From the NCBI RefSeq assembly GCF_001194135.2, contig NC_068996.1:34695347-34758573 (forward strand): 63,227 nucleotides of DNA. The letters run 5' to 3'. Shown in pieces: positions 25,851-37,531 of the stretch. The notes under the pieces were generated by a model. That model searched no databases and was not told where the DNA came from. It saw nothing but the letters and a program-made list of their open reading frames with translations. Source of the stretch: Octopus bimaculoides (lineage: Eukaryota). Within the stretch, counting starts at the first letter, position 1; the number at the start of each line of letters is the position of its first letter. The position numbers and the translations under genes are program-made.

Positions 25851-28800
25851 TTACAAGCTGGCTTCTATTAACCCGAGGAGATGAGGCATCATCGTCATAA
25901 ATAAGAATTATTGCTGTTAATGGTGGCAAGATAAAAAGAAGTTTTTGCTGTTTCTGTTTTGTATTGAACAACTGATTGATCACTTGATGTAAAAGTAAAA
26001 TTTTTCTTTCAGAAAACATTGGTAATACTGGAGGAAAATGTTATTGTTCATATTAGAGAAAATATTCAGATAGACATTTTTTATCCTTTTATTTCGCAAA
26101 CAATGACTTTGATTCTACTGCAATTGTCCAGCAATTCTCTTTTATGAGAGGGAGCTTTAGCCAAAGCAGAATCATTGGCTATGTAATCCAAAGTGTGTTT
26201 AAACCCACCTGTGATTGCTCCTAATTCTATGATACTTCCTGTTTTAAAGTAATCTAAATGAAAACCTTCCATCAAAATTTCATGTCACTTCATTCCAAGC
26301 TTAATAAATGAGTTATTTTGCTAAATTCTTCATCATTTTCAAAATAAATTGAAATAAAGACTAAGTCAACAGAAATATGGTTAATAAAGGGGTAGAGGTA
26401 ACTTCAAGGTAGTTGGAAAAACAGCAGGGGAAAAGGTGTGCTGAAACGTTCCTATTTTTAAGGGTGTTGCAAAAGACATGGTTGGAAGCCCAACCTTCCA
26501 AGTTCTTTTACGTCATCATCATCATTTAACCTCCTCCTTCCATGCTGGCATGGGTTGGACAACTTCATAGGAGTTTTGGTGCGGTCTTTTATGGCTGGAT
26601 GCCCTTCCTAGGACCAACCACTCCACAGAGTGGGGTGAGTGCTTTTTACATGGCATGATTTAGAAAAACTGAAGGCCTACTGCAATAAGTGTGAATCTGA
26701 GAGGGGAATATGTTAAATAAAATCATAATTAACTGATCCTCTTGTATTTTCTTTTACCCAAAGCCAGGAACTTTTCAGCACCCCCTTGTAAAAGACATGC
26801 TGATAATGTACAAAGACACAAGGCCAAAGGTGTGTTGACCTTCTGGACCTCTAACATGGAATTATTTTGGTTGAGGCACCATAGCGGGTGTAATTTATAG
26901 AGTTATGCATAGTTGAGACTTCAGAAGAAGCTCCGTGCTTAAATATTTATAATCGGCTCTAGGAAACTTTGGTGGTAATGAATGATGCACACTCATCTGG
27001 CAATCTATAATATATCTAATTAATTAGTAGGATACAATAGAGTTCATTAAGCCCTAATAAAATTTCATCTTAACTTTTATTAGTCTTGACGCCATAGGTA
27101 TATGTATGTGGATATATGAATTGCAGAAGCTCTGATATGTATATGTCTTGTGTTAAATGAATTCAGAGACAATTGCAATAGACCATAAGGAGACATTTAT
27201 TACAACTGCTAAAATTTGATATAACAAATTGGTAAGACAATTCAATTGTCAAAACATAGATTTTAAATGTTCATCAAAATGTAGATATGAATGTTAGAGA
27301 AAAACCTGAAATACAACATCACAATAATTCTGGTTCTATTCAAATGTTGGTAGGACACTAAGCATAATATCTAGGATTCTGGTTTGAAATTGGTTCAAAC
27401 TGAAAACTGTAATTGAAGTCAAAATTGTTATCATGTCAAGGTCCCAGGCCACTCGTAGCAAGACTCTCCTCTCTTGGGACTTAGCGGGCCAGAAATTCTG
27501 ATTTTATAACTGATAAACAGACGCTAGGCTAATCCATCATGTTAAAGACGTGGGCAGTCCAAGCAAAACTAAGTGGATCTGACCATCACCTGGTGAAGCA
27601 AAATGGGTAGTTAAAAGTAAAAAGCTACAATATGAGCAACTAAGGTTCAAGAGTGCTCATGCTGCTGCTACAGTCTCAAAGAACTTTAAAGATTATGAAG
27701 AGTGTAGTTGAAAACAGGCTACCACTAATAACTTTTGAATTAATTGAAATGGTAATGTAACAAAGTCATTAGTATTAATGAAAATTACTGTCAAAAGGAG
27801 GGAAGGGGAACAACTCCTGAAATTTTTAATGAATTAAAAATTAAAATGAAATGGTGGTATACAAGGAGGATGTAAATCTGACTTTCAGCAACCATGGGTA
27901 TGGTTTTGGTTTCAGAAAATATAAAGTTTTTGGTATGAAAATAGTTTAATGATTGTTACCATAACTAAGAAACATCAGGCTTATTCTTGCTTCCACACCA
28001 AATAATTCTCTGGCCTTGATTGTTATGTATTCCACTGAGTAGGTTTAATATGTTTTAGAGTTGTTATCATAGCAACCAGAGATCTAGCTTATTCCACATA
28101 CTACTTGCATCTCTCCAGCTAAGTTTTGGTCCAATTTTAATTTGGATAATTCTCTCCGGTCATTATTTGACAATTAGAATTCTTGTCTCTTAATTATAAC
28201 TTTGGTTAATGATTTAGGGTCTTACTGTTTGTCATTGTATTATGGCTCTCGTTACTCTGCTTATTCTATTTGTTTACAATCAACTAGTTATTAGCTGAAA
28301 TAACAATTATTCTGTTAAACCGCTTCTATGAGTATGGATGTGATGTGGTAGCCCGCATTATGTGAGTCATTAGTGATAGTAGTACACCAAATGTGATGAC
28401 ATCTCCAAAGACGATTTGTTTAATTTCTATGATATCACTATAGAACTTTCAGAGCGTTCCCTTGATTAACCATAATTTTAATATAAAATTCCGATATAAC
28501 CAATGTTTGAATGAAAAATTTTATTTGAATTATGTTTTAATTTTAAACTGTAATATCTTTGACTGGATTATTATAGCTGAATAATATTGTGTTGTTAATT
28601 TCATGCTGAAATTATTCCACATTTCTTAACCCTTTTGATATCAAACTGCCTTAGATTTTGGCTTATGAAAGAAACTTCTAAAGCAATCTAAATTAAGACC
28701 TTCCATTCATATTTCTTATGTTCCAAACACCAACATAATACTGGCAGTTATTTTTATTTAATTCTTCAATTTCTTAATTAATTGAAACAAAGGCAGTCTT

Positions 28801-28951
28801 TTTCAAAATAAATTTGGTAATAGAGGGGGTTTAGATAATGCCATTTCAATTTGAAGGCCACCTTCTCTAGTAATGCACTGCACACTGACTTGTATGTAAC
28901 ATTACTAGAAAGGGGGAAAAAATATTTGTAGCTACTGTTTAAATGTTCTAA

Positions 28952-28989
<38 letters not shown>

Positions 28990-29329
28990 GAAAACAACAT
29001 TAACTCAATCTATTCATAATCTGTATTTTTTAAAATTTCAAATATACTAGTGTTTATATCAAGCTTGTTTTTTTTTTCTTTTTGTGTTGATTTGTTTTTG
29101 TTTTTTTGTTTCAAAATTGGTTTTTATATACATAAATGTTAGCAAAGATGTTTATGTTGTCAGGCAATTTATATTTCTTAACTCTTCATTAATGCTCATT
29201 TTCACACTTAATTAATACTTTGTGTTTAAAGAGTGGTAACATTAGCACATTTGGTGAAGATGCTAGACTAGATGCTCTCAAAATCTCTAGTTTGGTCTTT
29301 CCCATTTGTGTTAAAATCAAACCAGGATT

Positions 29330-29520
29330 AATATTGTTGTTTATCCTTCTTACCTGTTGTATATTGAGGTTAATATTGATGATTGCTTAAATACCTGTTA
29401 AAAATCATTGTTACTTTATGAAATTAATGTTGCATATTGATGTTGATTATTTAAATACCAGTTAAGTCATTGTTATTTTCTGAGATTAATGTTGTATATT
29501 GATGTCAATTGCTTAAATAT
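29330..29520. repeat. Degenerate 60-65-bp tandem repeat
   Basis: Recurrent attaatgttg(c/t)atattgatg..att..ttaaatacc.gttaa..tcattgtta. Confidence 0.65.
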
Positions 29521-29625
29521 CAATTATATTTTATCAGTTTAATGTTATTGTTATTGCAGTTCTTGATTTTGCCAAGAACTCCAGTTTGTTGTTGTTGTTG
29601 TTGTATAATTTAAATTCTCAAATAG

Positions 29626-29838
29626 GTGTGTGGCAGTCCTGATATACCGTTGACTCTGCTGAAATCAGTGGCCACATATAAAGGTATAGATGCTACTGCA
29701 CCTCTAATACAGTGGTTCTGGGCAGTAATGGAAGAATTTACTAACACTGAGAGGTCCTTGTTTTTGCGATTTGTTTGGGGCCGAACGCGATTACCACGAA
29801 CTATTGCTGATTTCAGAGGAAGAGACTTTGTTTTACAG
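29626..29838 (+). CDS. HERC2: HERC2 exon, HECT
   Basis: aaatag|[20 protein letters not shown]...[23 protein letters not shown]|gtaatt. Confidence 0.96.
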
Positions 29839-30002
29839 GTAATTTTTTACTGAGATGTTTTTTAAAGATACTTCAGTGTGATGACTCTTTTTAATCAGTA
29901 CTTATTCATATTCATGTGATTATTTTATGAAGAGATAAACCTGCGGAATTCAGTTAATGCACAAAGCTAGTGGTTAGTTTGAAACTGCAAACCTTAACTG
30001 GC

Positions 30003-30166
30003 TTAAACCTCTAGCACTTAAATCAGTCATATATGTCTTCTTTTATGTACAATGTCATTGTGAAAATAAACAGTTGAGCCACTGAAAATAGTGCATAATT
30101 AATTCAAAACCGTATGAATAAATAAGCATTACATTTGACAGAGTAATCTGAATGCTAAAAGGTTAA
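30003..30166 (-). mobile_element. piggyBac-like MITE, inverted relative to 20671-20877
   Basis: gaataaataagcattacatttgacagagtaatctgaatgctaaaaggttaa is the reverse complement of the 5' part of the 20671 copy. Confidence 0.65.
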
Positions 30167-30401
30167 ATACCAAAAAGTTAAATTAGAGATTTATTTCTCA
30201 TGAAGAAATTATTTTTTGTCACATCCAAAAAAAGACTGGTTCTTAATGTTGATACATTGTTGGTAGAGTTAGGACTAAATTATGTAGTAGAGCATTTAAG
30301 AAAATTATCAAACAGCTGCATTATGTATGAAAATAAGTCTTCATAAGAATCGCTTAGCATTTTTTTTTTTTTTTTTTTTTTNNNNNNNNNNTTTTCAACA
30401 G

Positions 30402-30668
30402 GTCTTAGACAAGTACAACCCACCTGACCATTTTCTCCCAGAAAGCTACACCTGTTTTTTCCTCTTAAAAATGCCAAGATATTCGTCTCAAGAAATATTA
30501 AAGGAAAAGTTAAAATATGCCATCCATTTCTGCAAATCTATTGACACCGATGATTACGCCAGAGTTGCCCTCACTGGAGATCTCATGGATGATGACAGCC
30601 ATGATGCTAGTGAAGAAAGTGATGACCTGGATAGTATTGAATCAGGAGAATTTGTGGATTCTGACTGA
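30402..30668 (+). CDS. HERC2: HERC2 terminal coding exon, HECT C-lobe with catalytic Cys and acidic tail
   Basis: caacag|[28 protein letters not shown]...[15 protein letters not shown]...DSD*; catalytic Cys codon TGT at 30453-30455; TGA at 30666-30668. Confidence 0.97.
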   Translation, partial: VLDKYNPPDHFLPESYTCFFLLKMPRYSSQEILKEKLKYAIHFCKSIDTDDYARVALTGDLMDDDSHDASEESDDLDSIESGEFVDSD

Positions 30669-31545
30669 AGGTTCTTCCCCCACCCACAACAACCACCACC
30701 ACCACCACCACGACTATCATCTTCTGTTCCTGTCTTGTTAAATTAATGTCTTAAAGAGGCACAAGGCTGGAGAAATTTTGGCAGGAGGAAACAGTCAATT
30801 TTATTGACTTTAACAAGATTTGAACTGACTAGATGTTGCCAAACATTTTGTCACTGCTCTTAATATCCTGTTAATCCACTGCCTTTGTCTATTAATTTAC
30901 CACCTTTGTCTTGTTCAAATAATAAATAGTTGTTTGACATGATTTTTTTTCTTTCTCTATGAAAATTGGAGGTTTTGAATGTTTGGGTGAGGTTTAAACC
31001 CTGTTCTTCCTCTACCATCAGCCTACTCCCTTATTTACACCTGCTCTTGAAACATTTACATGACTAACTCTTTGACAAAACAAAACACAGTAAGAGGCAA
31101 CAGACCCATGCATGTCTTCATTGTTAAACCTAGCTAACAACTAATGTACAGGTCTTTAGTTGAAGTCACATAAAGTTGGAATACATGGCTGTGTAGTCAA
31201 TATTTCCTGATATAAATAATAAGGAATAGAACATTGAAAATGTGAACAAAACATTCCCCTACCTCCCCTGCCCTTTGATGGACATTCTATGTCTGCCCTT
31301 TCATGATTTACAAAAAAACTTATTTATTTTTCAGTTATTTAAATAAAACATTTCATTATTCCCTTCCTTCCCCTTCCCAGTTCAGTTAAAAGACTTCAAT
31401 GCTTCATGGCAGCATGGTTAAGATGACTAAATATCTTTATATATCATTCTATTTGTTTTCAGTTAATAAAGTTGAATGTTATAAAAAAATGATAGATTTA
31501 ATGTGAATAAAAATAGACTTTAATGTGAAAAGTGTTGTTTTTTAA
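30669..31545 (+). terminator. Probable HERC2 3' UTR and polyadenylation region
   Basis: AATAAA at 30921, 31342, 31465 and 31506, the last followed by a GU/U-rich tract (agtgttgtttttt); the site actually used is unknown. Confidence 0.5.
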
Positions 31546-33084
31546 TTTGATAAAAATACACCTGGACTGTTGGAATGTTGTTTTTGCTATAAGTTTTTTA
31601 TATTTTTTTTATTTTAACTTAATATAATTCAGCTTTGTAGTCTTTTTTTTTCTTATTTATAAGTCAGTCAGACAACCAAACAGCTAATTGTTTATATAAG
31701 ATTAGTTTCAACTGTCTTGAAAACTACTGTGAATCACATATGTTGATTCTCTTTCTAATCTGCTTTGTATGGGCTGAATTCCTCCAAGTTAGAACTTACA
31801 AGAATTTGCTTGTTGCTATGTCGGTATTTTAACATCTGGACTGATGCCTCTTCCACCTATTTTACTTCAGCTGTACAACCAATAGTAATGCCATTCAGTC
31901 TGGTAATAGAATTGTTATTAGGAAGAAACTAAACTGGTGTTGAGACTTCTACAGCTAGAGGGCTCTAGTTGTGCATGCACATATTGAAAGACTAACTGTT
32001 GGAATAAAACTGGCATGTGTTTTGAAAGAAAGGAAAATATTTTTTTTAAAGTAATTTTTTTATCTAGTTTTCTTGTGTGTATGTATATATATATAATATA
32101 TGTAAATACATATAAATATACATATATATTCAATTATATTGATACGCTTAGTTTTTTGGGGTTTTTTTTGTACATACCTGTGATGTGTGTGTCACACTTC
32201 AAAGGAAGAAATAGGTAAAACGGTTGAAGGCAGGGAGAGGTACAAAGAGAGAGTGAGTGGTGACGAAAAGGAAGGGAAGAAAAATGTTTATCAGTATTTT
32301 CAGAGTAGACATATGTACATCAAAAGAAAAGTAGATACATAGACACATTGGTAAAACAAAGACAAATAACTACAGCAAATATTGGATGTCACTTTCACTT
32401 TTCATTACCACACCAAGATAAAATTAATGCACAAGTGGCTGAGTACATCACAGACATGCTTACCATTAACCTAGTTCTTGGGAAGATTCAGCCTCACATA
32501 ATGTGACAAGGCTGGCCCCTTTGAATTACAGCTACAACTCATTTTGGCCAGCTGAGTGGACTGCAGCAAGAGGAAGAAAATGGGAAAGATCCAATACAGG
32601 GGCAGGAAAATCTTGTCATTAGGGTCACTATGGGTGTTAATCCAGTCCTAACAGCGGCCTATCTTGTCTGCCTCTCACACACACACTCTCTCTCTCTCTC
32701 TCTCTCAGCAAATAGCTGCAGATGTCACTTTTCTACACTTGAAGGGAGAAGTAGAAAGAAAAATAAAAAAAAGTGTTATACTTGAAGTGAGAGAGGAGGG
32801 ACAGAGTGAGTTGTGACTGAAATGAAGGTGGTGTTCGCTTTGTTTTTAAATGTTTATCAGTATTTTCAGAGTAGACAGATACATAACCACACAAATATTG
32901 GATGTTACTTTTATTTTCCTACAATATAATAATATAATTAATTACTGTTACTGTAAGTGTCAGAATATAGAAACCTTTCTCATGGTACCAGCGCACAATT
33001 TATAGATGCTCACATTTTTTATATTTTCCATGAAGTTTTCATGGGTCTAGCTAGTATATATATATATATATACATACATGAAAT

Positions 33085-33752
33085 ATGCACACACACATAT
33101 ATGGTGGTTGTCTGCAAAGTCTGACCACCTCTTGTACCTATACCTTAGATTCATCATGGCATCTGATGTGGCTTTTTAAATCAGACAATGCATTGAAAAA
33201 ACACCCACATAGATTGCATATCTGATTTGGACCAAGATCTGCAGTTAAGTCCTGATCTTTGTGTATCTTAAAATGTCTTTTGAAGTCTCCGTTAAAATTG
33301 CAGACCTTACAACATACACAACATTGAAAGGTGCGCACAAATAAATAGGCAGAATAGTTGGTGGAGATACGTTTTTCATGGGTTCTTAAATATTTGAGAT
33401 TTGAGTCTCACAAAAGAAAGACATGGTCTATCACAAACTGCACAAAAAGGTCACTGAAATTCACCTCAACTGCAACATTTTTCTTTAGTTCTCTTGAGTC
33501 TTGCATGTGTTGTCTTGGCTTCCTCAAACACTTTTTTTTTTTTTTTGCTATCCAGTTCGATCCAAAGCAAAGGTTTCTGTGGCCTTTGGATCCATTCCAA
33601 GTGACTTCATGGTAGTCCTTAAACCTCTATTTAGGTTTATACCGATTGCATTTCCCCTCTGCAAGCTCATCATAAAACAGTTGTTTGGGTGTGCGTTCAT
33701 CCGCCATTTGAACAATATGGCCCAACCATCACATTTGGTTTTTCAGAATCAT
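33085..33752 (-). mobile_element. RTE-clade LINE 3' end with three C-terminal C2H2 fingers (decayed)
   Basis: Minus strand reads RWLGHIVQMADERTPKQLFYDELAEGKCNR (RTE post-RT motif), then CDRPCLSF..LKS, CCVCCKVCNFNGDFKRHFKIH and CNLCGCFFNALSDLKSHIRCH. Confidence 0.75.
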
Positions 33753-34061
33753 TGATTTAATTGACGTGATGCCTCGCAGATGCAAATACATACATACACA
33801 CATATATATGTATTCCATGCCAGCAGCACATAAAAAGCACCAACCGATCATGGCTGTTTCCTGGCCCCTGTGCCGGTGGCGCGTAAAAAGCACCCACTAC
33901 ATTCATGGAGTGATTGGCATTAGGAAGGGCATCCAGCTGTAGAAACACTGCCAAATCAGACTGGAGCCCGGTGCAGTCTCCTGGCTTCCCAGACCCCCCA
34001 GTCAAACCGTCCAACCCATGCTAGCATGGAAAATGGACGTTAAACGATGATGATGATGACA

Positions 34062-34430
34062 TATATCTGTCACAGATACAAGTCACATTTTGTGACAGAC
34101 CATGCCTTTCTTTTGCTGCACTCAAATCTCATTTGTGGACCCATGTGAAACAAACCTTCACTCTGCCTATTTATCTGTGCACACCTTTCAATACTGTATG
34201 TCATAAGATCTGCAAACCTAACAGAGACCTCAAAAGATATTTTAAGATCCACAAAGATCAGAACTTAACTGCACCTCTTGGTGGTTCAAATCAGATATGC
34301 AATCTATGTGGGTATCTTTTCAATACATTTGTCTGGCTTAAAAAAACCACATGAGATGTCATGATTGATCTAAGATATAAGTACAAGAGGTGGTCACAAT
34401 CTGCATAAGGTGTAGACAACCACCATACTT
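34062..34430 (+). mobile_element. Second, more truncated copy of the zinc-finger RTE 3' end
   Basis: CDRPCLSFAALKSHLWTH...DLKRYFKIHKDQ...ICNLCGYLF; ends tacaagaggtggtca...gacaaccaccata, the reverse complement of the 33085 end. Confidence 0.75.
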
Positions 34431-34441
34431 ATACATATATA

Positions 34442-35635
34442 CAGGGTGCAATGGGTAAATTGTCACCATTTTATATTTTTAATTTCACGCATGCACATTG
34501 TTTTGATTTTGTTGATTATACAGTATAGTAGGGTCAGTTTTCTGTGAGCAAAATAGCACCATGACACAATTTTCTCTGCCAGAAATTTGAAAACGACATG
34601 CTATACTGCTTGGCATTCGTGCTGGAAGCTCTAATACGAACGTTTCAGAGTGTGTGGGTGTCAATCTGAGGACAGTGCAGAGGATTCGGAAAGAGTTGGA
34701 TGAGTCTAATGGTGATTAAGAAGGTATGGCAGCTCAGAAAACTCATTCTGATAAGAAAAGAACTGAATTTGTTGGTGAGATCCAGGCCATGATTGACAAC
34801 AATCCCTCCAAGTCAATCAGATCCATCGCCAGGGACATGGGAGTGCCTGAGTTTCTTATCAGGCAGATAGTGCATAAATACATTCAGTATTCCTCATACA
34901 AGATGAGAAAGGCCAGTTTTTATCCTTAGCCATCAAGGACAAGAGGAAAGACCACACTACAAAGCTTTTGAACAAACTCCAGCATCTCTTTCAACCAACA
35001 TGCTTTGGCTTTTCACAGATGGGAAAAATTTCTGCCAGGATCAGATGGTGAACACACAGAATAACCATTGGCTTGCTGTGTCCCCAAAACATGTTCCAAG
35101 AATGATAAAAAATCAAACATCCAGTCAACATTGTGGTGTTTGGAGTGATCACTAGTGATGGTGATGTTATGCCTCCATGTATTTTCTCACTCAGACTCAA
35201 CACGGAGACCTACATCAAGTACCTGGATGAGGTAGTGCTGCCCTGGGTCAAGAGAGTGGCTGCTGGAAGACACTTATGTCTGGCAGCAGCACCCTGCCCC
35301 ATGGCACACAAGCAGGAGAACCCAGTCATGGCTGTCAGACAATTTGTGTGACCACATCACCCAAACCAACAAAACCAGATGAACTGAAGGCAAGGATTAT
35401 GGCAGCATTCACCAACTTAAACAAGGAAATGGTCCAGAAGAGTTGCAGGAGATTCTAAAGTCGTCTGGAGGCAGTGGTTGAAGCCAATGGCGATTTTATT
35501 GAAAAAAATTTACTCTTTAGTATTTCAAAATATTTTTATGCAAATTTGGTGAATATGATATATCTGTTAAAATGAGATGTCAGTGTCATTTTCATTTTTG
35601 TGTAATTCAGACTACAGTTTATTCACCACACTCTG
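34442..35635 (+). mobile_element. Tc1/mariner transposon, internally deleted and frameshifted
   Basis: TA-flanked TIRs cagggtgcaatgggtaaattgt / acagtttattcaccacactctg; transposase remnants SIRSIARDMGV (HTH), F(T)DGKNF, VVFGVITSDG, YIKYLDEVVLPWV. Confidence 0.85.
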
Positions 35636-36460
35636 TATATATGTCTGTGTGTCTGTAGCTGTGTAATATATTTATATGTGTGTGTATATTCATAAAATCC
35701 ATGCAAATAGATACAGACTGTCTTATGCAAGAATCTGAGAGATGGAAAAGAGATCGATTGTTGGTATGTAGTGCTGCAAATGACCTGAGGCCTGTGATGG
35801 AATGTACATTAAAACAATGCCTGAGATCTCCGTATGTGTAATATATATTTGTATCCTGCTAAGCCTATATTTGCTGATATATCTACCATTTATTTACCTG
35901 TTGATCACCTTCTGTCCCTCCATTCACTTCTCATCTCATGAAGCTAGCAAGCCATGAATGGCCACTTTGCATGCAAGCCTCATCCTTTACAAGCTCCTAT
36001 GTATAAGAGACTCTACTGGTCCATTTTCATCACTGTCCCTCCCTTTTTCTCTAACTACTAACACTAATGCCCCACCTGCTCTGTCCCTATCATGATTACT
36101 TTGCTACTCTCCATCACCACCTTATCAGAACTGTAAATCTGTTCCTCTTGTCATCATCCTATATCTCCCTCTGTCTCATTTCCTTGCTTAGAATCATCAC
36201 ATCTATTTAGTTTTGTGAGTACTTGGTAACCTTACTAATGTTGGTGCAATAGGAAAAAAAAAACATTCTGTTAAGTGGTTGACATTAGGGTGGTTATCAG
36301 GCTGTAGAAAAACCAAGACTAAAACACTGGAGTATGATGTAGTCCCTATCTCAAAAGTGTTATGAGCTATATTGACTGCTGAGAGGTTACTCTTCAGCTT
36401 GTCCTTATATCTGAGCCATGGTCAACCAACATATGTATACATACGCACATATATTGGGTG

Positions 36461-37531
36461 GAGTTTCAGATTAGGCTGCACACATAAGTTGGAATTTTTG
36501 TTTTGACAGATTTTTCCAATTTTATTTTTCACTACAGCCTTTGAAATAATGGAGGGCATCTTTTTATGAAGAAAAATTTTCAAAACTTTATGTCCTCTTT
36601 TTTCACCTCACCACCCAACTCTGCCGGACCAATTTTGGTCAATTTCTTTGGCACTATGCACTTAAAAACCATGGAAGAAACCTTTTCAGTAGAAAAAAAG
36701 AATTGTAAATATTTTCAGAGGAAAAGGTGTGTGATTTAAGAAAGATTTGGCTGTTGTTTCTAGCACATTCCCTGACCACCTTCCCCAGTTCTTTGTCACT
36801 TCCATGTGTAAATTTTTCTCCCTATTTTATGCTATAAAAAATTTTGAAAATTTACGGTTTTTCAACCCCACTCCACCCCCACCACTGATCGTTTCTGTTT
36901 ATAATTTTAAAAAATTGGAGAGCCTGAGATGGTCATCGCTGGGATTTATCCAATGATTTAAAAATGAGGCATGTAAAAGATAATTTATTTTAATAGCATA
37001 CTCTACGGTTAGTAAATATGTTTTTTCTTACACACACACACGGCCTTACTTGGTTGGGGTGGGGGTGGGTTAAAAATTTAAATTGCCATTTTTTTCTTTT
37101 TTGCTTATATCCCAGTAATGGATCATGCATGTGTTACTCCTGCATCATCATTCCATAAAATGTGTCTATGTGGAGAAAAATATTGAAAGAATATCAATAC
37201 TTGTGAGAATGAAAAAGAAGCAAGGAGGATGGTCTTGGGATGTATTGAAACAACTGCCAAATCTCCCTTGAATTGCATGTCTTATACTCGGAAAACATTT
37301 TTTTTACTGAAAAGGTTTCTCACATGGTTTTTTAAGTGCATAGTGTCAAAATCGGTCCAGAGTGGGATGGTGAAGTGAAAGTTTTCAAAAAATTTTCATA
37401 AATTTTCAAAAATGTTTTTCATAAAAAGATACCCGCCGACATCATTTTGAAGGCTGTGGTGAAAAAAGAATTGGAAAAATCCCTGTCAAAACAGAAAATC
37501 CAACCTACATGGGCATCTTGATCTAAAGCTC
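36461..37531. mobile_element. Non-autonomous DNA element with about 250-bp imperfect TIRs
   Basis: 36461-36700 is the reverse complement of about 37280-37531 (e.g. cactatgcacttaaaaaccatg / catggttttttaagtgcatagtg); GAG...CTC ends. Confidence 0.7.

Noticed and set aside
22400-28000. Many 5-7-bp hairpins in the large intron (e.g. 22465-22660, 24830-24890, 25005-25070, 27630-27660), suggestive of H/ACA snoRNAs
   Set aside because: Stems this short are expected by chance every 50-100 nt in AT-rich DNA, and I could not place consistent H and ACA boxes.
33138-34354. Stand-alone C2H2 zinc-finger genes
   Set aside because: The fingers are contiguous with RTE LINE sequence, frameshifted, and lack splice signals, so they are TE-derived.
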